The translations under genes were made by a program, and so were the position numbers. Below are positions 8,461 through 18,739 of a stretch of 64,000 bases of DNA, one piece after another. The stretch spans positions 65,639-129,638 of the forward strand of contig CAWBOB010000007.1 of assembly GCA_963790335.1 (NCBI GenBank), in the 5' to 3' direction. Source of the stretch: an uncultured Actinomycetes bacterium. Lineage in GTDB: Bacteria > Actinomycetota > UBA4738 > HRBIN12. The notes beneath the pieces are model-generated. The model was not told the DNA's origin and ran no database searches. It worked only from the letters and a program-made list of their open reading frames with translations. How positions within the stretch are numbered: the stretch's first letter is position 1; every line of letters starts with the position of its first letter.

Positions 8461-8754
8461 TCAATCGTCCGGCGCATGCACCGTCACCGCTGCCTGGAGC
8501 ACTTCGACGGCGGGCCATGTGTCCACGAAGGCCGCGATCTCGTCGGCCACCCGGCGGAGGTGGTACTCCCGGCCGGCGACGGAGGCCACCGCGATCGTGG
8601 TGCGCTGCCAGAGATCGTGATGATCGACCTCCGACACGCTCACGTTGAACCGCTGGCGGATCGCAGCGGTCAGCGACTTCACGACGTGCCGCTTCTGCTT
8701 CAGCGAATGACTGTCGCGGATGCGCAGGTCGAACCGCTGCAGCGCGACGAGCAT
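8461..8754 (-). CDS. DUF503 family protein
   Basis: SHSLKQKRHVVKSL...RFNVSVSEVDHHDLWQR; canonical position after infB. Confidence 0.9.
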   Translation of the reverse strand: MLVALQRFDLRIRDSHSLKQKRHVVKSLTAAIRQRFNVSVSEVDHHDLWQRTTIAVASVAGREYHLRRVADEIAAFVDTWPAVEVLQAAVTVHAPDD

Positions 8755-10925
8755 CAGATCGAGCGTGCCACCTCACGCACCTCGTAGGCCTCGATCACGT
8801 CACCCTGCTTGATGTCCTGGAAGCCCTCGATCCCGATGCCGCACTCGTAGCCCGCAGCGACGTCGCGCACATCGTCCTTGAAGCGACGCAGGGATCCGAT
8901 GCGACCCTCGTAGACGACCACGCCGTCTCGCACGAGCCGAACGCGGGCATCCCGGGGGATCGTGCCCCGCGTGACGTAGCAGCCGGCCACGACCCCGATC
9001 CTCGGGACGCGGAACATCTCCCGCACCTCGGCCTGCCCGAGCTCGTGCTCCTGCTTCTCGGGCGCCAACATGCCCGACAAGGCCGCCTTGATGTCATCGA
9101 TGGCGTCGTAGATCACGCGGTACGTGCGGATGTCGACACCCTCACGTTCGGAAAGGTCGACCGCCTGCTTGTCGGGGCGCACGTTGAACCCGATCACGAT
9201 CGCCTCGGAGGCCATGGCGAGCGACACGTCGTTCTCCGTGATGCCGCCCGCCGCGCTCCGCACGATGTTGACGCGCACCTCGTCCTGCGGCAGCTTCAGG
9301 AACGCGTCGGTGAGCGCACCGAGCGATCCCTGCACATCGGCCTTCACCACCAGGTTCAGCTCCGGGATCTCCGCACGTTCTGCCTGACGCATCAGGTCGG
9401 ACAGGGTCGGCGGCCGGCTCACCACGAGATCCGCAGCACGCGCTTTCGCCTCGCGCTCCCCTGCCAGGTGGCGGGCTTCGCGCTCGTCGGCCACCTCGCG
9501 GAAGTCCTCGCCCGAGGCGGGCACCGCCTCCCACCCCAAGAGCTGCACCGGCTTCGACGGCCCGGCGACCTCGACGGTGGTGCCGTTCTCGTCCTGCATC
9601 GCGCGGATCTTGCAATACGTCGTGCCCGACACGAGCGCGTCGCCGATGTCGAGCGAGCCCCGCTGCACGAGCACGGTCGCGACGGGCCCGCGCCCCTTGT
9701 CGAGGTGCGCCTCGATCACGGTGCCTCGCGCGGGGCCGGTGGGCATGCCCTTGAGCTCCTCGAGATCGGCGACCAGCAGGATCGTCTCGAGCAAGGTGTC
9801 GAGGTTCATCTTCGCCTTCGCGGAAACGTCGACGAACTCGGTGTCACCGCCCCACTCCGACGGAACGAGGCCACGCTCGACCAGCTGCTGGCGGACCCGG
9901 GTGGGATCGGCCGCCTCCTTGTCGACCTTGTTCACGGCGACCACGACCGGCACCTGTGCGGCCTTCGCGTGGTCGAGCGCCTCGATCGTCTGGGGCATCA
10001 CGCCATCGTCGGCCGCCACCACGAGCACCGCGATGTCGGTGACCTGAGCACCTCGTGCGCGCATCGCCGTGAAGGCCTCGTGGCCCGGCGTGTCGATGAA
10101 CGTGATGTCGCGCTCGCCCACGTGCGCTTGGTAGGCACCGATGTGTTGGGTGATACCACCGAACTCGCCCGCCACGACATCGGTCTCGCGGATGGAGTCG
10201 AGCAACTTGGTCTTGCCGTGGTCGACGTGGCCCATGACGGTGACCACGGGGGGTCTCGTCACGAGCAACGACTCGTCGACCTCCTCGTCGGCGTCGTCGA
10301 GCACCTCGTCGGCGAGCCCGACGACCTCGGGTTCCATGCCGAGCTCGGCGGCGACCAGTCCGATGGCCTCGTCGGACAGCGAGGTGGTCGCGGTCGCCAT
10401 CTCACCGGCCAGGAAGAGGATCTTGACGATCTCGGCCGGCCCACGTCCGACCTTCTCGGCGATGGCCTGCGGGGTCGCGCCTCGCACGACACGCAGGCTC
10501 GGCACCTCGGGCTCGGCGGGGGTGCGCGCGAGCCTCGGGGGACGCCGGCCGCCCGGGGCGGCCGGGGCCGGCTCCGCGGACCGGACCGTGGCGGCCTGAG
10601 CCGGCTCGGCGGTAACGGGCGCCGGCGACGTCGCGGCAGCAGGGGTCGGCGCGGGTTCTGCAGCCTCGACGGGGCCGGCCGAGACGGGTGGCGCCGCAGG
10701 CGCCTTCGGCTTCGTCTTGGGCTTGCGCGGCGCCGGGGCCGGCTCGAGCACCTCCCGGCGTTTCGGGGCCTCGGTGGCCTTGCCTCCCGAGGCACGGAGC
10801 CGCGGCACCAGGTCCTCGGGCACGCTCGACGAGGCGGACTTGCCCGCCACGCCCATCTGCTCCAGCGTCGCCAGCAGTTCCTTGCTGGTGACACCGAGCT
10901 CCTTGGCCAGTTCGTGGACCCTCAC
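8754..10925 (-). CDS. infB: Translation initiation factor IF-2
   Basis: RVHELAKEL N-domain; GHVDHGKT, DTPGHEAF, NKVD G-domain motifs. Confidence 0.98.
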   Translation of the reverse strand: MRVHELAKELGVTSKELLATLEQMGVAGKSASSSVPEDLVPRLRASGGKATEAPKRREVLEPAPAPRKPKTKPKAPAAPPVSAGPVEAAEPAPTPAAATSPAPVTAEPAQAATVRSAEPAPAAPGGRRPPRLARTPAEPEVPSLRVVRGATPQAIAEKVGRGPAEIVKILFLAGEMATATTSLSDEAIGLVAAELGMEPEVVGLADEVLDDADEEVDESLLVTRPPVVTVMGHVDHGKTKLLDSIRETDVVAGEFGGITQHIGAYQAHVGERDITFIDTPGHEAFTAMRARGAQVTDIAVLVVAADDGVMPQTIEALDHAKAAQVPVVVAVNKVDKEAADPTRVRQQLVERGLVPSEWGGDTEFVDVSAKAKMNLDTLLETILLVADLEELKGMPTGPARGTVIEAHLDKGRGPVATVLVQRGSLDIGDALVSGTTYCKIRAMQDENGTTVEVAGPSKPVQLLGWEAVPASGEDFREVADEREARHLAGEREAKARAADLVVSRPPTLSDLMRQAERAEIPELNLVVKADVQGSLGALTDAFLKLPQDEVRVNIVRSAAGGITENDVSLAMASEAIVIGFNVRPDKQAVDLSEREGVDIRTYRVIYDAIDDIKAALSGMLAPEKQEHELGQAEVREMFRVPRIGVVAGCYVTRGTIPRDARVRLVRDGVVVYEGRIGSLRRFKDDVRDVAAGYECGIGIEGFQDIKQGDVIEAYEVREVARSI

Positions 10926-11197
10926 GCCGCTCCCATCCGCTCGATCTCGAGCATCAGCCTACCGACTTCCTCCAGACGCACACCCGTGCGGAGCGCCCTG
11001 GCGAGCACACCCGGACGCCTCGCCGCCACCAGACACGAAGGGTCCGGGTGCACGTACGCGCCGCGTCCTGGCGCCGATCCGTCGCGATCCAGTACCGGGC
11101 CGGGACCGCTCGAGACGATGCGGACGAGCGCGGCCTTGCCGGCGCGGGCACGGCAGCCCACGCACATCCGGACCGGTCCCGGTTCCTCGGCACTCAC
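10922..11197 (-). CDS. ylxR: YlxR/DUF448 family RNA-binding protein
   Basis: PVRMCVGCR...GRGAYVH...C; between nusA and infB. Confidence 0.92.
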   Translation of the reverse strand: MSAEEPGPVRMCVGCRARAGKAALVRIVSSGPGPVLDRDGSAPGRGAYVHPDPSCLVAARRPGVLARALRTGVRLEEVGRLMLEIERMGAA

Positions 11198-12407
11198 TCC
11201 CCCGCGGGGGCCCCCTCGACCTCGGCGGGCTCGACGACCTCAGCAGGCTCGCTGCTCGGCACCGGCTCGGCACCGGTCGGCCTCGGGCTCGGCCGGAACC
11301 TCGGCTGCTGCCTCCACGACCGTCGGTGACGTCTCGGCCGGTGGTGCCGATCGCGCGCGCGCCTCTTCGGCCACCTGTGCCTCGGACTTGATGTCGATGC
11401 GCCATCCCGTGAGCCGCGCGGCCAGGCGGGCGTTCTGCCCTTCCTTGCCGATCGCGAGGGAGAGCTGGTAGTCGGGCACGATCACCATCGCGGTGCCGGT
11501 CTCCTCGTTGATGCGCACCTCGCGCACCTTGGCCGGCTGCAGGGCGTTCGCGACGAACTCCGCTGTGTTCTCCGACCACGGCACCACGTCGATCTTCTCG
11601 CCCCGCAGCTCGTTGACGACCATGCGCACGCGCGAGCCCTTGGGCCCCACGCACGCGCCGACCGGGTCGACACCGGGTTCGTTGGAGAGCACGCCGATCT
11701 TCGAACGGTGGCCCGGCTCCCGCGCCACCGCCCTGATCTCGACGATGCCTTCGTCGACCTCCGGGAACCTCCATCGCGAAGAGCGCTCGCAGCAGACCCG
11801 GATGCGAGCGGCTCACGACGATCTGCGGACCCTTGGTGCCCTTGCGCACCTCGGTGATGTAGGCCTTGAGCCGCTCGCCGTGCCGGTACGGCTCGGTGGG
11901 CACCTGCTCGGCCTGGGGCAGCAACGCTTCCACCTTGCCCAGGTCGAGCAGCGTGTACCGGCGCTCCTGCTGCTGCACGATGCCGGTCACGACGTCGCCC
12001 TCGCGTCCGGCGAACTCCTCGTACGTCATCTCGCGTTCGGCGTCACGGAGCTTCTGGAAGATCACCTGCTTGGCGGTCTGGGCGCCGATGCGGCCCTTGA
12101 AGTCGTCGGTGACCTCGACCTCTTCCTCGCCGAGCACCTTCATCTCGAGGGTTGGGTCGGCGCCTTCCTCCTCGGCCGGCACCTCGATCTCCTCGAGATC
12201 CTGCTTCCACATGCGCAGGTCGCCGCTCTCGGGGTCGATCTCGGCGCGGAAGCCGACGAAGTCGTCGTCTGCGGTGGGGTTCTCCTGCTTCCACCACGTC
12301 TTGTAGGCCGAGGCCATCGCTTCGCCGAGACCGTGCAGGATGGTCTCGAAGGCGACGCCCTTCTCGCGTTCCAACTCCCGCAGCGCGGCGATCATCTCGG
12401 CGTTCAT
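11194..12407 (-). CDS. nusA: Transcription termination/antitermination factor NusA (frameshifts near 11765 and 11270)
   Basis: [22 protein letters not shown]1 domain, [43 protein letters not shown], split over frames. Confidence 0.95.
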
Positions 12408-12870
12408 GCGTTGCTCCTCTTCAGCTCGGCGCTCCAGTCGACGACGGTCCTCGCCGACGTGATGTCGGCATACGGCACGCGCAGCTCAGCGTCACCGATC
12501 GCGAGGGTGCACCCCTCGTCGTCGGCGGCGATCAGCGTGCCCGCATGGATCTTCGACCCCTCGACCTGCGCCTTCGTCTTCACCCTCACCTGCTCGCCCA
12601 CGCACCGCCGGTAGTGATCGGGCCGGCTCAGGGGCTCGCTCGATGCCCGGCGTGGCGACCTGCAGGTCGTACGTTCCGGTCTGCGGATCCCCGGCATCGA
12701 GGCGCTCGGAGATGCTGCGAGAGAGCCGGGCCAGCTCGTCGACGTCGATGCCGTCGGGGGCGTCGACCACCACTTGGAGGATCGCGCGACCCGCCTCGGT
12801 CGCCGTCGCACGTCGTACAGCTCGAACCCCTGCGCCTCACGACAGGCCTGAGCAGCGCTTCCGCTTCCAC
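12404..12870 (-). CDS. rimP: Ribosome maturation factor RimP (several frameshifts, about 12640-12840)
   Basis: EAEALLRPVV/EAQGFELYDV/DGIDVDELARLSRSISERLD/YDLQVATPGIER/PDHYRRCVGEQV pieced across frames; SD GGGAGG. Confidence 0.85.
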
Positions 12871-12895
12871 CGCTCGGACCCCTCCCTACGAACGA

Positions 12896-12919
12896 GAAGG
12901 TGGGCGCGAGCCCACCTTC
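12896..12919 (-). promoter_or_regulatory. rimP leader hairpin (GAAGGTGGGC-TCGC-GCCCACCTTC)
   Basis: Perfect 10-bp stem in the 5' UTR, between -10 TATACT (12951-12956) and the rimP SD; similar GTGGG/CCCAC hairpins are common upstream of rimP-nusA operons. Confidence 0.7.
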
Positions 12920-12998
12920 ACCACACTCCGTCAGCTCCTGTTCTGCATCGAGTATAGCCACGACCTGCGGGAGGGGGCCCGGACGAGCCCGGGGCGGG

Positions 12999-14721
12999 CT
13001 ACGGGGCGGCTACGGGAGCGGTCGCGAGGAGGTCCACCACGGCCGGGTGCGGCGCCGCCGAGCGGCGGCCTGGGAGCGCTCGCCGGTGGCGCGCAGCTTC
13101 AGGTCGACGGTGCCGTTCGCGATACCGCGCTTGCCGACCGTCACCTGCACGGGGTAGCCGATCAGGTCGGCGTCGGCGAACTTCACGCCGGCCCGCTCGT
13201 CGCGATCGTCCAGCGCCACGTCGACGCCGAGCTCGAGCAGCTCCTCGTAGATGCGCTCGGCCTCGGCCCGGACGGGCTCGTCGTCGGCGTTGGCGAGGAT
13301 CACGATCACCTGGAACGGCGCCATCTGCTTCGGCCACACGATGCCGTGCTCGTCGTGATGTTGCTCGACGAGCGCCGCGAGGATGCGCGTGATGCCGATG
13401 CCGTAGCTGCCCATCAGGTAGGGCTGGTCGGTCCCGTCCTCGTCCTGGAAGGTGGCGTGCAGCGGGTCCGAGTACCTCGCGCCGAGCTGGTAGATGTGGC
13501 CGACCACGATCGAGCGCCCCACCTCGAGCGCCCGCCGTCGTTGGGGCACCGATCGCCCTCGCGGATCTGCACCAGATCCTCCCAGCGATCGACGCGGAAG
13601 TCGCGACCACGTTGGCCCCGGTGACGTGCGCATCGGCGCGGTTCGCCCCGGTCACCCAGTTCGCTCCCGCCCGCACCGACGGGTCCGCGAACACCGTCAC
13701 GTCGTCGCCGAACCCATGCGGACCGACGTAGCCCTTCGCGTAGCCGAGCCGCTCGAAGTCGACATCGTCGAACGCGCGCACGACCTTGGGGAAGTGCAGC
13801 CGCGAGAGCTTCTTCTCGCTCACCTCGCGGTCGCCGGGCACGAGCACCGCGACCGCCTGCCCGTCGACGTCGAACATGATGTTCTTCAGGGTGGCGGACG
13901 CGTCGACGCCGAGCTGCGCTCGCGACCAGCTCGATCGTCGCCGCCCCCGGCGTCTCGACCTCCACCATCGGATCGAGCTCGGCATCCACGACGGGCGGCG
14001 CCATCTGCGGCGTCGCCGCCTCGGTGTCGGCGAGGTAGTCGCCGTTCGCGCATCGCACGAACAGATCCTCGCCAACGTCGGCGAGCGCCATGAACTCGTG
14101 GTTGACGTCTCCCCCGATCGTGCCCGGATCGGCTTCGACGATCACGTAGTCCAGCCCGATCCGGTCGAAGATGCGCTCGTACGCCTCGTACATCACGCGG
14201 TAGCTCTCCACCATGCCCGCTTCGTCACGGTCGAACGAGTAGGCGTCCTTCATCAGGAACTCGCGGCCGCGGAGCAACCCGAACCGGGGTCGCTTCTCGT
14301 CGCGGTACTTCCACTCGACCTGGAACAGGTTGATCGGCAGATCGCGGTAGCTGGGCAGATCGTCCGCGACGAGCGGCGCGAAGACCTCCTCATGGGTGGG
14401 GCCGAGTATCATCTCGCGCCCGTGGCGGTCCTCGAGCTTGAAGGCCTCGTTGCCGTAGACCTGCCATCGCCCGGTGGCCTTCCACGGATCGGCCGGCAGC
14501 ACGATCGGCACCCGCATCTCGATCGACCCGGCGGCCTCCATCTCCTCGCGGACGACCGCCTCGATCGTGCGCATGACACGCAGCGCGAGTGGCAGCGACG
14601 AGTACACGCCGGCGCTCACACGCCGCACGAAGCCCGCCCGCATCAGCAACCGGTGCGACGCGATCTCGGCGTCGGCCGGATCGTCGCGGAGCGTAGGCAC
14701 GAAGAGCTTCGAGAGACGCAT
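12999..14721 (-). CDS. proS: Proline--tRNA ligase, bacterial type with editing domain (about 4 frameshifts, 13060-13920)
   Basis: MRLSKLFVPTLRDDP, SHRLLMRAG, LGPTHEE, RDEKRPRFGLLRGREF, VGHIYQLG, MGSYGIGITR, DDRDERAGVKFADADLIG. Confidence 0.95.
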
Positions 14722-14784
14722 CAGGCGCACAGGATACCGGCGGGTCCGACGGTCATCGCCGTGGCTCGGCACACCCACCTCTCG

Positions 14785-14813
14785 TTGACGCGGCGTGGTG
14801 GGGCCGTCACAAT
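14785..14813 (+). promoter_or_regulatory. Sigma-70-type promoter TTGACG-17bp-CACAAT driving a leaderless transcript
   Basis: -35 at 14785-14790, -10 at 14808-14813, ATG 7 nt downstream at 14821. Confidence 0.75.
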
Positions 14814-14820
14814 CCCCGCC

Positions 14821-14889
14821 ATGTCGACGCTCGCCGCTCGCCGGGACTGGCGCGAGAACCTGCAGACCCCGGCGCTCACGCGCGTCTGA
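14821..14889 (+). CDS. Putative trp attenuator leader peptide MSTLAARRDWRENLQTPALTRV (22 aa, one Trp)
   Basis: Begins at the predicted TSS; TGG at 14848-14850; followed by a terminator hairpin and trpE. Confidence 0.65.
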   Translation: MSTLAARRDWRENLQTPALTRV

Positions 14890-14919
14890 CGACCGATCAC
14901 GCGACCCGCCAGACACCGT

Positions 14920-14952
14920 GACCCCGGGAGACCCCCGGGGTCGTTCGCGTTT
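14920..14952 (+). terminator. Attenuator terminator hairpin upstream of trpE
   Basis: GACCCCGGG (14920-14928) / CCCGGGGTC (14934-14942), a 9-bp stem followed by GTTCGCGTTT. Confidence 0.7.
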
Positions 14953-14979
14953 CCAGGGAGCGAGGGAGTTGAGGACACC

Positions 14980-16521
14980 GTGATGCCGCGCATCCAGCCC
15001 GATCGCGAGACGTTCGACCACCTCGCGGCCGAGTGGCCGCTCGTGCCGGTCTGGGCCGAGCTGCTGAGCGACGTGTCGACCCCGGTGGGCCTGTTCCCCG
15101 CGCTGGCCGGTGAGGGGCCCGGGCTCGTGCTCGAGTCGGTCGAGCGGTCGGAGCGATGGGGCCGCTACTCGTTCGTCGCCGGCGACCCTGCCGCGATCGT
15201 CGTTGGCGACGCCGACGGGGTACACATCCGCGACGCCGTGCGCGATCTGCCGATCGCGGGGTCGGCGCAGGCGCCGCGGCAGGCGCTGATCGAGATCGCC
15301 CGGTCGCTGCGCGCTCCACATCTTCCCGACCTTCCCGCCCTGACCGGAGGCCTCGTCGGATACGTCGCATACGAGGCGGCCGAGCTGCTCGACGGTCACC
15401 CCGTGCCGGACCCGGGGTCGGCGCCCGTGCCGCCCCTTGCCCTGCTCGTCATCGACCGCGCGATCGTGTTCGATCACTGGAAGCAGCGACTCCTGCTCGT
15501 CGCCCATGTGCCGGCGGGCCACTACGACGACGGCGTCGAAGCCGTGCTCGGGCTGGCCGAGCTGGTTCAGAAGGCCGAGGCCCCCGAGCTCGCGCCCGTG
15601 CCGAGCGCATCGTCGAACGTCGACGGGTCGCCCAACATGACCGACGAGCGGTACCGCGAGATCGTGCGGTCGTTCAAGGAACACATCGTCGCCGGCGACA
15701 TCTTCCAGGGGGTGGCCTCGAGACGGGTCACGTTCCCCGCCCCCGACGGAGGACTCGCGATCTACCGGCGGCTCCGCGTCGCGAACCCTGCCCCGTACAT
15801 GTTCCTCCTTCGCATGATGGGGATCGAGCTCGCCGGGTCGTCGCCCGAACCCCTCGTGCGCGTAGAGCGAGGCCGCGTGTCTACCCGTCCGATCGCAGGC
15901 ACGCGGGCTCGTGGCGAGACCGAGGTGCGCGACCGCCTGCTCGAGCGCGAGCTGCTCGACGATCCGAAGGAGCGAGCCGAGCACGCGATGCTGGTCGACC
16001 TCGCCCGAAACGACCTCGGCCGCGTCTGCGTGGCGGGAAGCGTCGCGCCGACACAGCTCATGGAGGTCGAGCGGTTCACGAAGGTGATGCACATCGTCTC
16101 CACGGTCGAGGGCGACCTGCGCGACGACATGCACCCGTTCGATGCGCTCGCGGTGACGTTCCCGGCGGGCACGCTGAGCGGCGCGCCCAAGCGCCGGGCG
16201 ATGGAGTTGATCGCCTCGCACGAGCCCGACGCGCGCGGGCCGTACGGCGGTGCGGTCGGCTACTGCGCCTTCCAGGGTGACCTCGACTTCTGCATCACGA
16301 TCCGCACGGCGGTCGTGAAGGGCGGTGAGGCCCACGTGCAAGCGGGAGCGGGCGTGGTCGCAGACTCCGACCCCCAGCGGGAGCTCGAGGAGACCGCGTC
16401 GAAGGCCTCGGCGCTGCTCCCCGCCGTGGCGCCGGCTGCACCCGTGGCCTCGCCTGCGTCGACGCTTCAGGTCGGGTCGGTCGCCTCGGGTAGCCTCGAC
16501 ACGGAGGAAGCCGGCCCGTGA
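14980..16521 (+). CDS. trpE: Anthranilate synthase component I
   Basis: LESVERSERWGRYSF, GDIFQGVAS, NPAPYMF, GSSPE, RPIAGT, KERAEHAMLVDLARND, FPAGTLSGAPK; Trp leader upstream favours TrpE over PabB. Confidence 0.9.
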   Translation: MMPRIQPDRETFDHLAAEWPLVPVWAELLSDVSTPVGLFPALAGEGPGLVLESVERSERWGRYSFVAGDPAAIVVGDADGVHIRDAVRDLPIAGSAQAPRQALIEIARSLRAPHLPDLPALTGGLVGYVAYEAAELLDGHPVPDPGSAPVPPLALLVIDRAIVFDHWKQRLLLVAHVPAGHYDDGVEAVLGLAELVQKAEAPELAPVPSASSNVDGSPNMTDERYREIVRSFKEHIVAGDIFQGVASRRVTFPAPDGGLAIYRRLRVANPAPYMFLLRMMGIELAGSSPEPLVRVERGRVSTRPIAGTRARGETEVRDRLLERELLDDPKERAEHAMLVDLARNDLGRVCVAGSVAPTQLMEVERFTKVMHIVSTVEGDLRDDMHPFDALAVTFPAGTLSGAPKRRAMELIASHEPDARGPYGGAVGYCAFQGDLDFCITIRTAVVKGGEAHVQAGAGVVADSDPQRELEETASKASALLPAVAPAAPVASPASTLQVGSVASGSLDTEEAGP

Positions 16522-17084
16522 TCCTGATCGTCGACCACTACGACTCGTTCACCTACAACCTGGTGCAGCTCGTCGAGGGCCTCGGCCATGTGACCGAGGT
16601 CGTCAAGAGCGATGCGGCGACGGCCGAGGAACTGGCCGCCCGTCATGCCGACGCGGTGATCCTGTCGCCTGGACCAGGGCGGCCCGAGGCCGCCGGGTGC
16701 TTCCCCGAGCTGCTCCACGTGCTGGCGCCTGAGGTTCCGGTGCTCGGCGTCTGCCTCGGGCACCAGGCGCTCGGCATGGAGTACGGAGGCACGGTCGACC
16801 GGACCGAACCCGTGCACGGCAAGGCCTCGACCGTGCACCACGACGGAGGCGGCATCTTCGACGGGGTTCCCGATCCGTTCGAAGCCGGCCGCTATCACTC
16901 CCTGGTCGTGGAGCGCGCCGACCTTCCCGACGCGCTCGCGCTGACCGCATGGACGGACGACGGTCTCGTCATGGGCACGCAGCACCGTGAGCTGCCGCGC
17001 TACGGCGTGCAGTTCCACCCGGAGAGCATCCTGACGCCACACGGCCCGGCGATCGTGCGCAACTTCCTCGCCCTCGTCCGCTGA
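16518..17084 (+). CDS. trpG: Anthranilate synthase component II (glutamine amidotransferase)
   Basis: DHYDSFTYNL, LSPGPG, GVCLGHQ, RYHSL, QFHPES; GTGA-coupled to trpE. Confidence 0.92.
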   Translation: MILIVDHYDSFTYNLVQLVEGLGHVTEVVKSDAATAEELAARHADAVILSPGPGRPEAAGCFPELLHVLAPEVPVLGVCLGHQALGMEYGGTVDRTEPVHGKASTVHHDGGGIFDGVPDPFEAGRYHSLVVERADLPDALALTAWTDDGLVMGTQHRELPRYGVQFHPESILTPHGPAIVRNFLALVR

Positions 17085-17154
17085 GCCCTCCTCGACCCCC
17101 ACCGTTCCGCCGGCTCCGTCGTGGTGCTACGGTCGCGCGAGGCAGAGGAGGACC

Positions 17155-17718
17155 ATGCGCGACGTGGCGAAGCGATACCTGGCGGCGCTCGACGAGCTCG
17201 ACCGGCATGTGCTCGCGATCGGGACGGGCCGGTGGTCGAGCCCCACGCCGTGTACCCAGTGGGACGTGCGGGCGCTCGTCGACCACCTGGTCTACGAGAC
17301 CCTCTGGGTGCCCGATCTGCTCGCGGGCGCCACCTTGGCCGATGTCGGCGATCGCTACGACGGCGACCGTCTGGGCGGGGATCCCGTGGCGGCATGGCGC
17401 TCGGCGAAGGCGGCGGCCTCCGAGAGCGCCCGCACGAGCCCGCTCGACGTTGCCGTCCACACGTCGGGCGGCGAGCTCACACCCCACGAGTACCTGACCC
17501 AGATGCTCTTCGACGCGGCGATCCACGGGTGGGATCTCGCCACCGCCATCGGCGTCGACCACACGATCCCCGACGACGTGGCGCGCGACCTCGAGGCGTG
17601 GTTCGGCCCGCAGGTCGAGGAGATGGTGGCCGCTCGCATCATCGCCGAGCCCGTGCCGGTGGGCTCGGACGCCGATGCGGCGACCCGCCTCATCGGGCTC
17701 TCAGGGCGCACGCCGTAG
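17155..17718 (+). CDS. TIGR03086-like metal-binding protein (DinB/MDMPI superfamily)
   Basis: PTPCTQWDVRALVDHL, IHGWDLATAIG; SD GAGGAGG. Confidence 0.85.
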   Translation: MRDVAKRYLAALDELDRHVLAIGTGRWSSPTPCTQWDVRALVDHLVYETLWVPDLLAGATLADVGDRYDGDRLGGDPVAAWRSAKAAASESARTSPLDVAVHTSGGELTPHEYLTQMLFDAAIHGWDLATAIGVDHTIPDDVARDLEAWFGPQVEEMVAARIIAEPVPVGSDADAATRLIGLSGRTP

Positions 17719-18675
17719 CGACGGACGCGGCCCTCGGCAGTCGGGACCGTACTCGAACGTCGCGCGGCCTCGCGAGACGCGGCACCCTCGTACGTCGACG
17801 GCCACGAATGCACTGGCCGGCACCCGCTTCAGCTGGTCGAGCAGCCCGTTGGTCCAGCCGTCGTCGACCGTGCCCTGGAAGTACCAATCGCTGCCGTTGT
17901 CGGCGACGATCATGCCGTATCGCTGCATCGCCAGCAGCACGACCTGGGCACGCGGCGTGAACCTCGAGATGTCGAAACCGGCCTTGAGACGGAACCGCGC
18001 ACCCATCGGCGGGCAGCGCCGGTCGGCCACGCCTGCTTGGTGGCGGGCGGGCCAGACGTAGCGGTTCGTCGTGCACGACACCGTGAACCTGAGCGCGTGC
18101 GCGATCTCGCCCGCCGCGACCTCGTCGAAGCGGACCAGCCCCGGGAAGATGGGCAGCCCCGCCGCGTCGGCACTCGTCCACCCGGCCGGCCGCAGGTCGT
18201 TCGAGCCGAGATCGAAGACCGCGCCGCTGCCCGCGCGTGGGTCGCCTCCGTTCCAGCGGGCATCGAACAGCTCGAACAGCGTGCAGGTGTCGCGGTCGAT
18301 CATCAAGGCGTGACGATCCGAGCCTGCCTCGATCGCGATGTCGGGGCCGAAGGGGTACGGGCCCGCGTCGCTCTCCGCGCGGTAGCGGAACCGCACCCGC
18401 ACGTCGGCGTGCGCGGCGCGGACGACGTCGAATGGGATGCCGTAGGAAGGTGGTCCGAAGTCGGGATGCAGATCGGTGGACCCGGCGTGGGCGCTGCGCT
18501 TCCAGACCGCACTCTTCGGATGCACCGGGAGACCGGAGACATCCATGTTCCACACGTTGTCCGGGCGGAACACCTCGCAGGAGCTGCCGGGCACCGGCAG
18601 ACCGTGAACCGGCGAGGCCGCCACCGGAACGACGATCGCGCCGGCCACGACGGCGGCGATGCAGGAACGTCTCAC
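17701..18675 (-). CDS. Conserved hypothetical secreted protein
   Basis: Signal peptide (AAVVAGAIVVPVAA); PDNVWN, ESDAGPYP, SDRH, WTSADAAGLPIFPGL, PPMG, DNGSDWY motifs; GC3-rich. Confidence 0.7.
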   Translation of the reverse strand: MRRSCIAAVVAGAIVVPVAASPVHGLPVPGSSCEVFRPDNVWNMDVSGLPVHPKSAVWKRSAHAGSTDLHPDFGPPSYGIPFDVVRAAHADVRVRFRYRAESDAGPYPFGPDIAIEAGSDRHALMIDRDTCTLFELFDARWNGGDPRAGSGAVFDLGSNDLRPAGWTSADAAGLPIFPGLVRFDEVAAGEIAHALRFTVSCTTNRYVWPARHQAGVADRRCPPMGARFRLKAGFDISRFTPRAQVVLLAMQRYGMIVADNGSDWYFQGTVDDGWTNGLLDQLKRVPASAFVAVDVRGCRVSRGRATFEYGPDCRGPRPSLRRAP

Positions 18676-18739
18676 GTCGGAGGTATCGGCTCGGGCGAGC
18701 CGGAAATCGAGCGCGATCTCCTCGCTATTCTCTTCTAGA

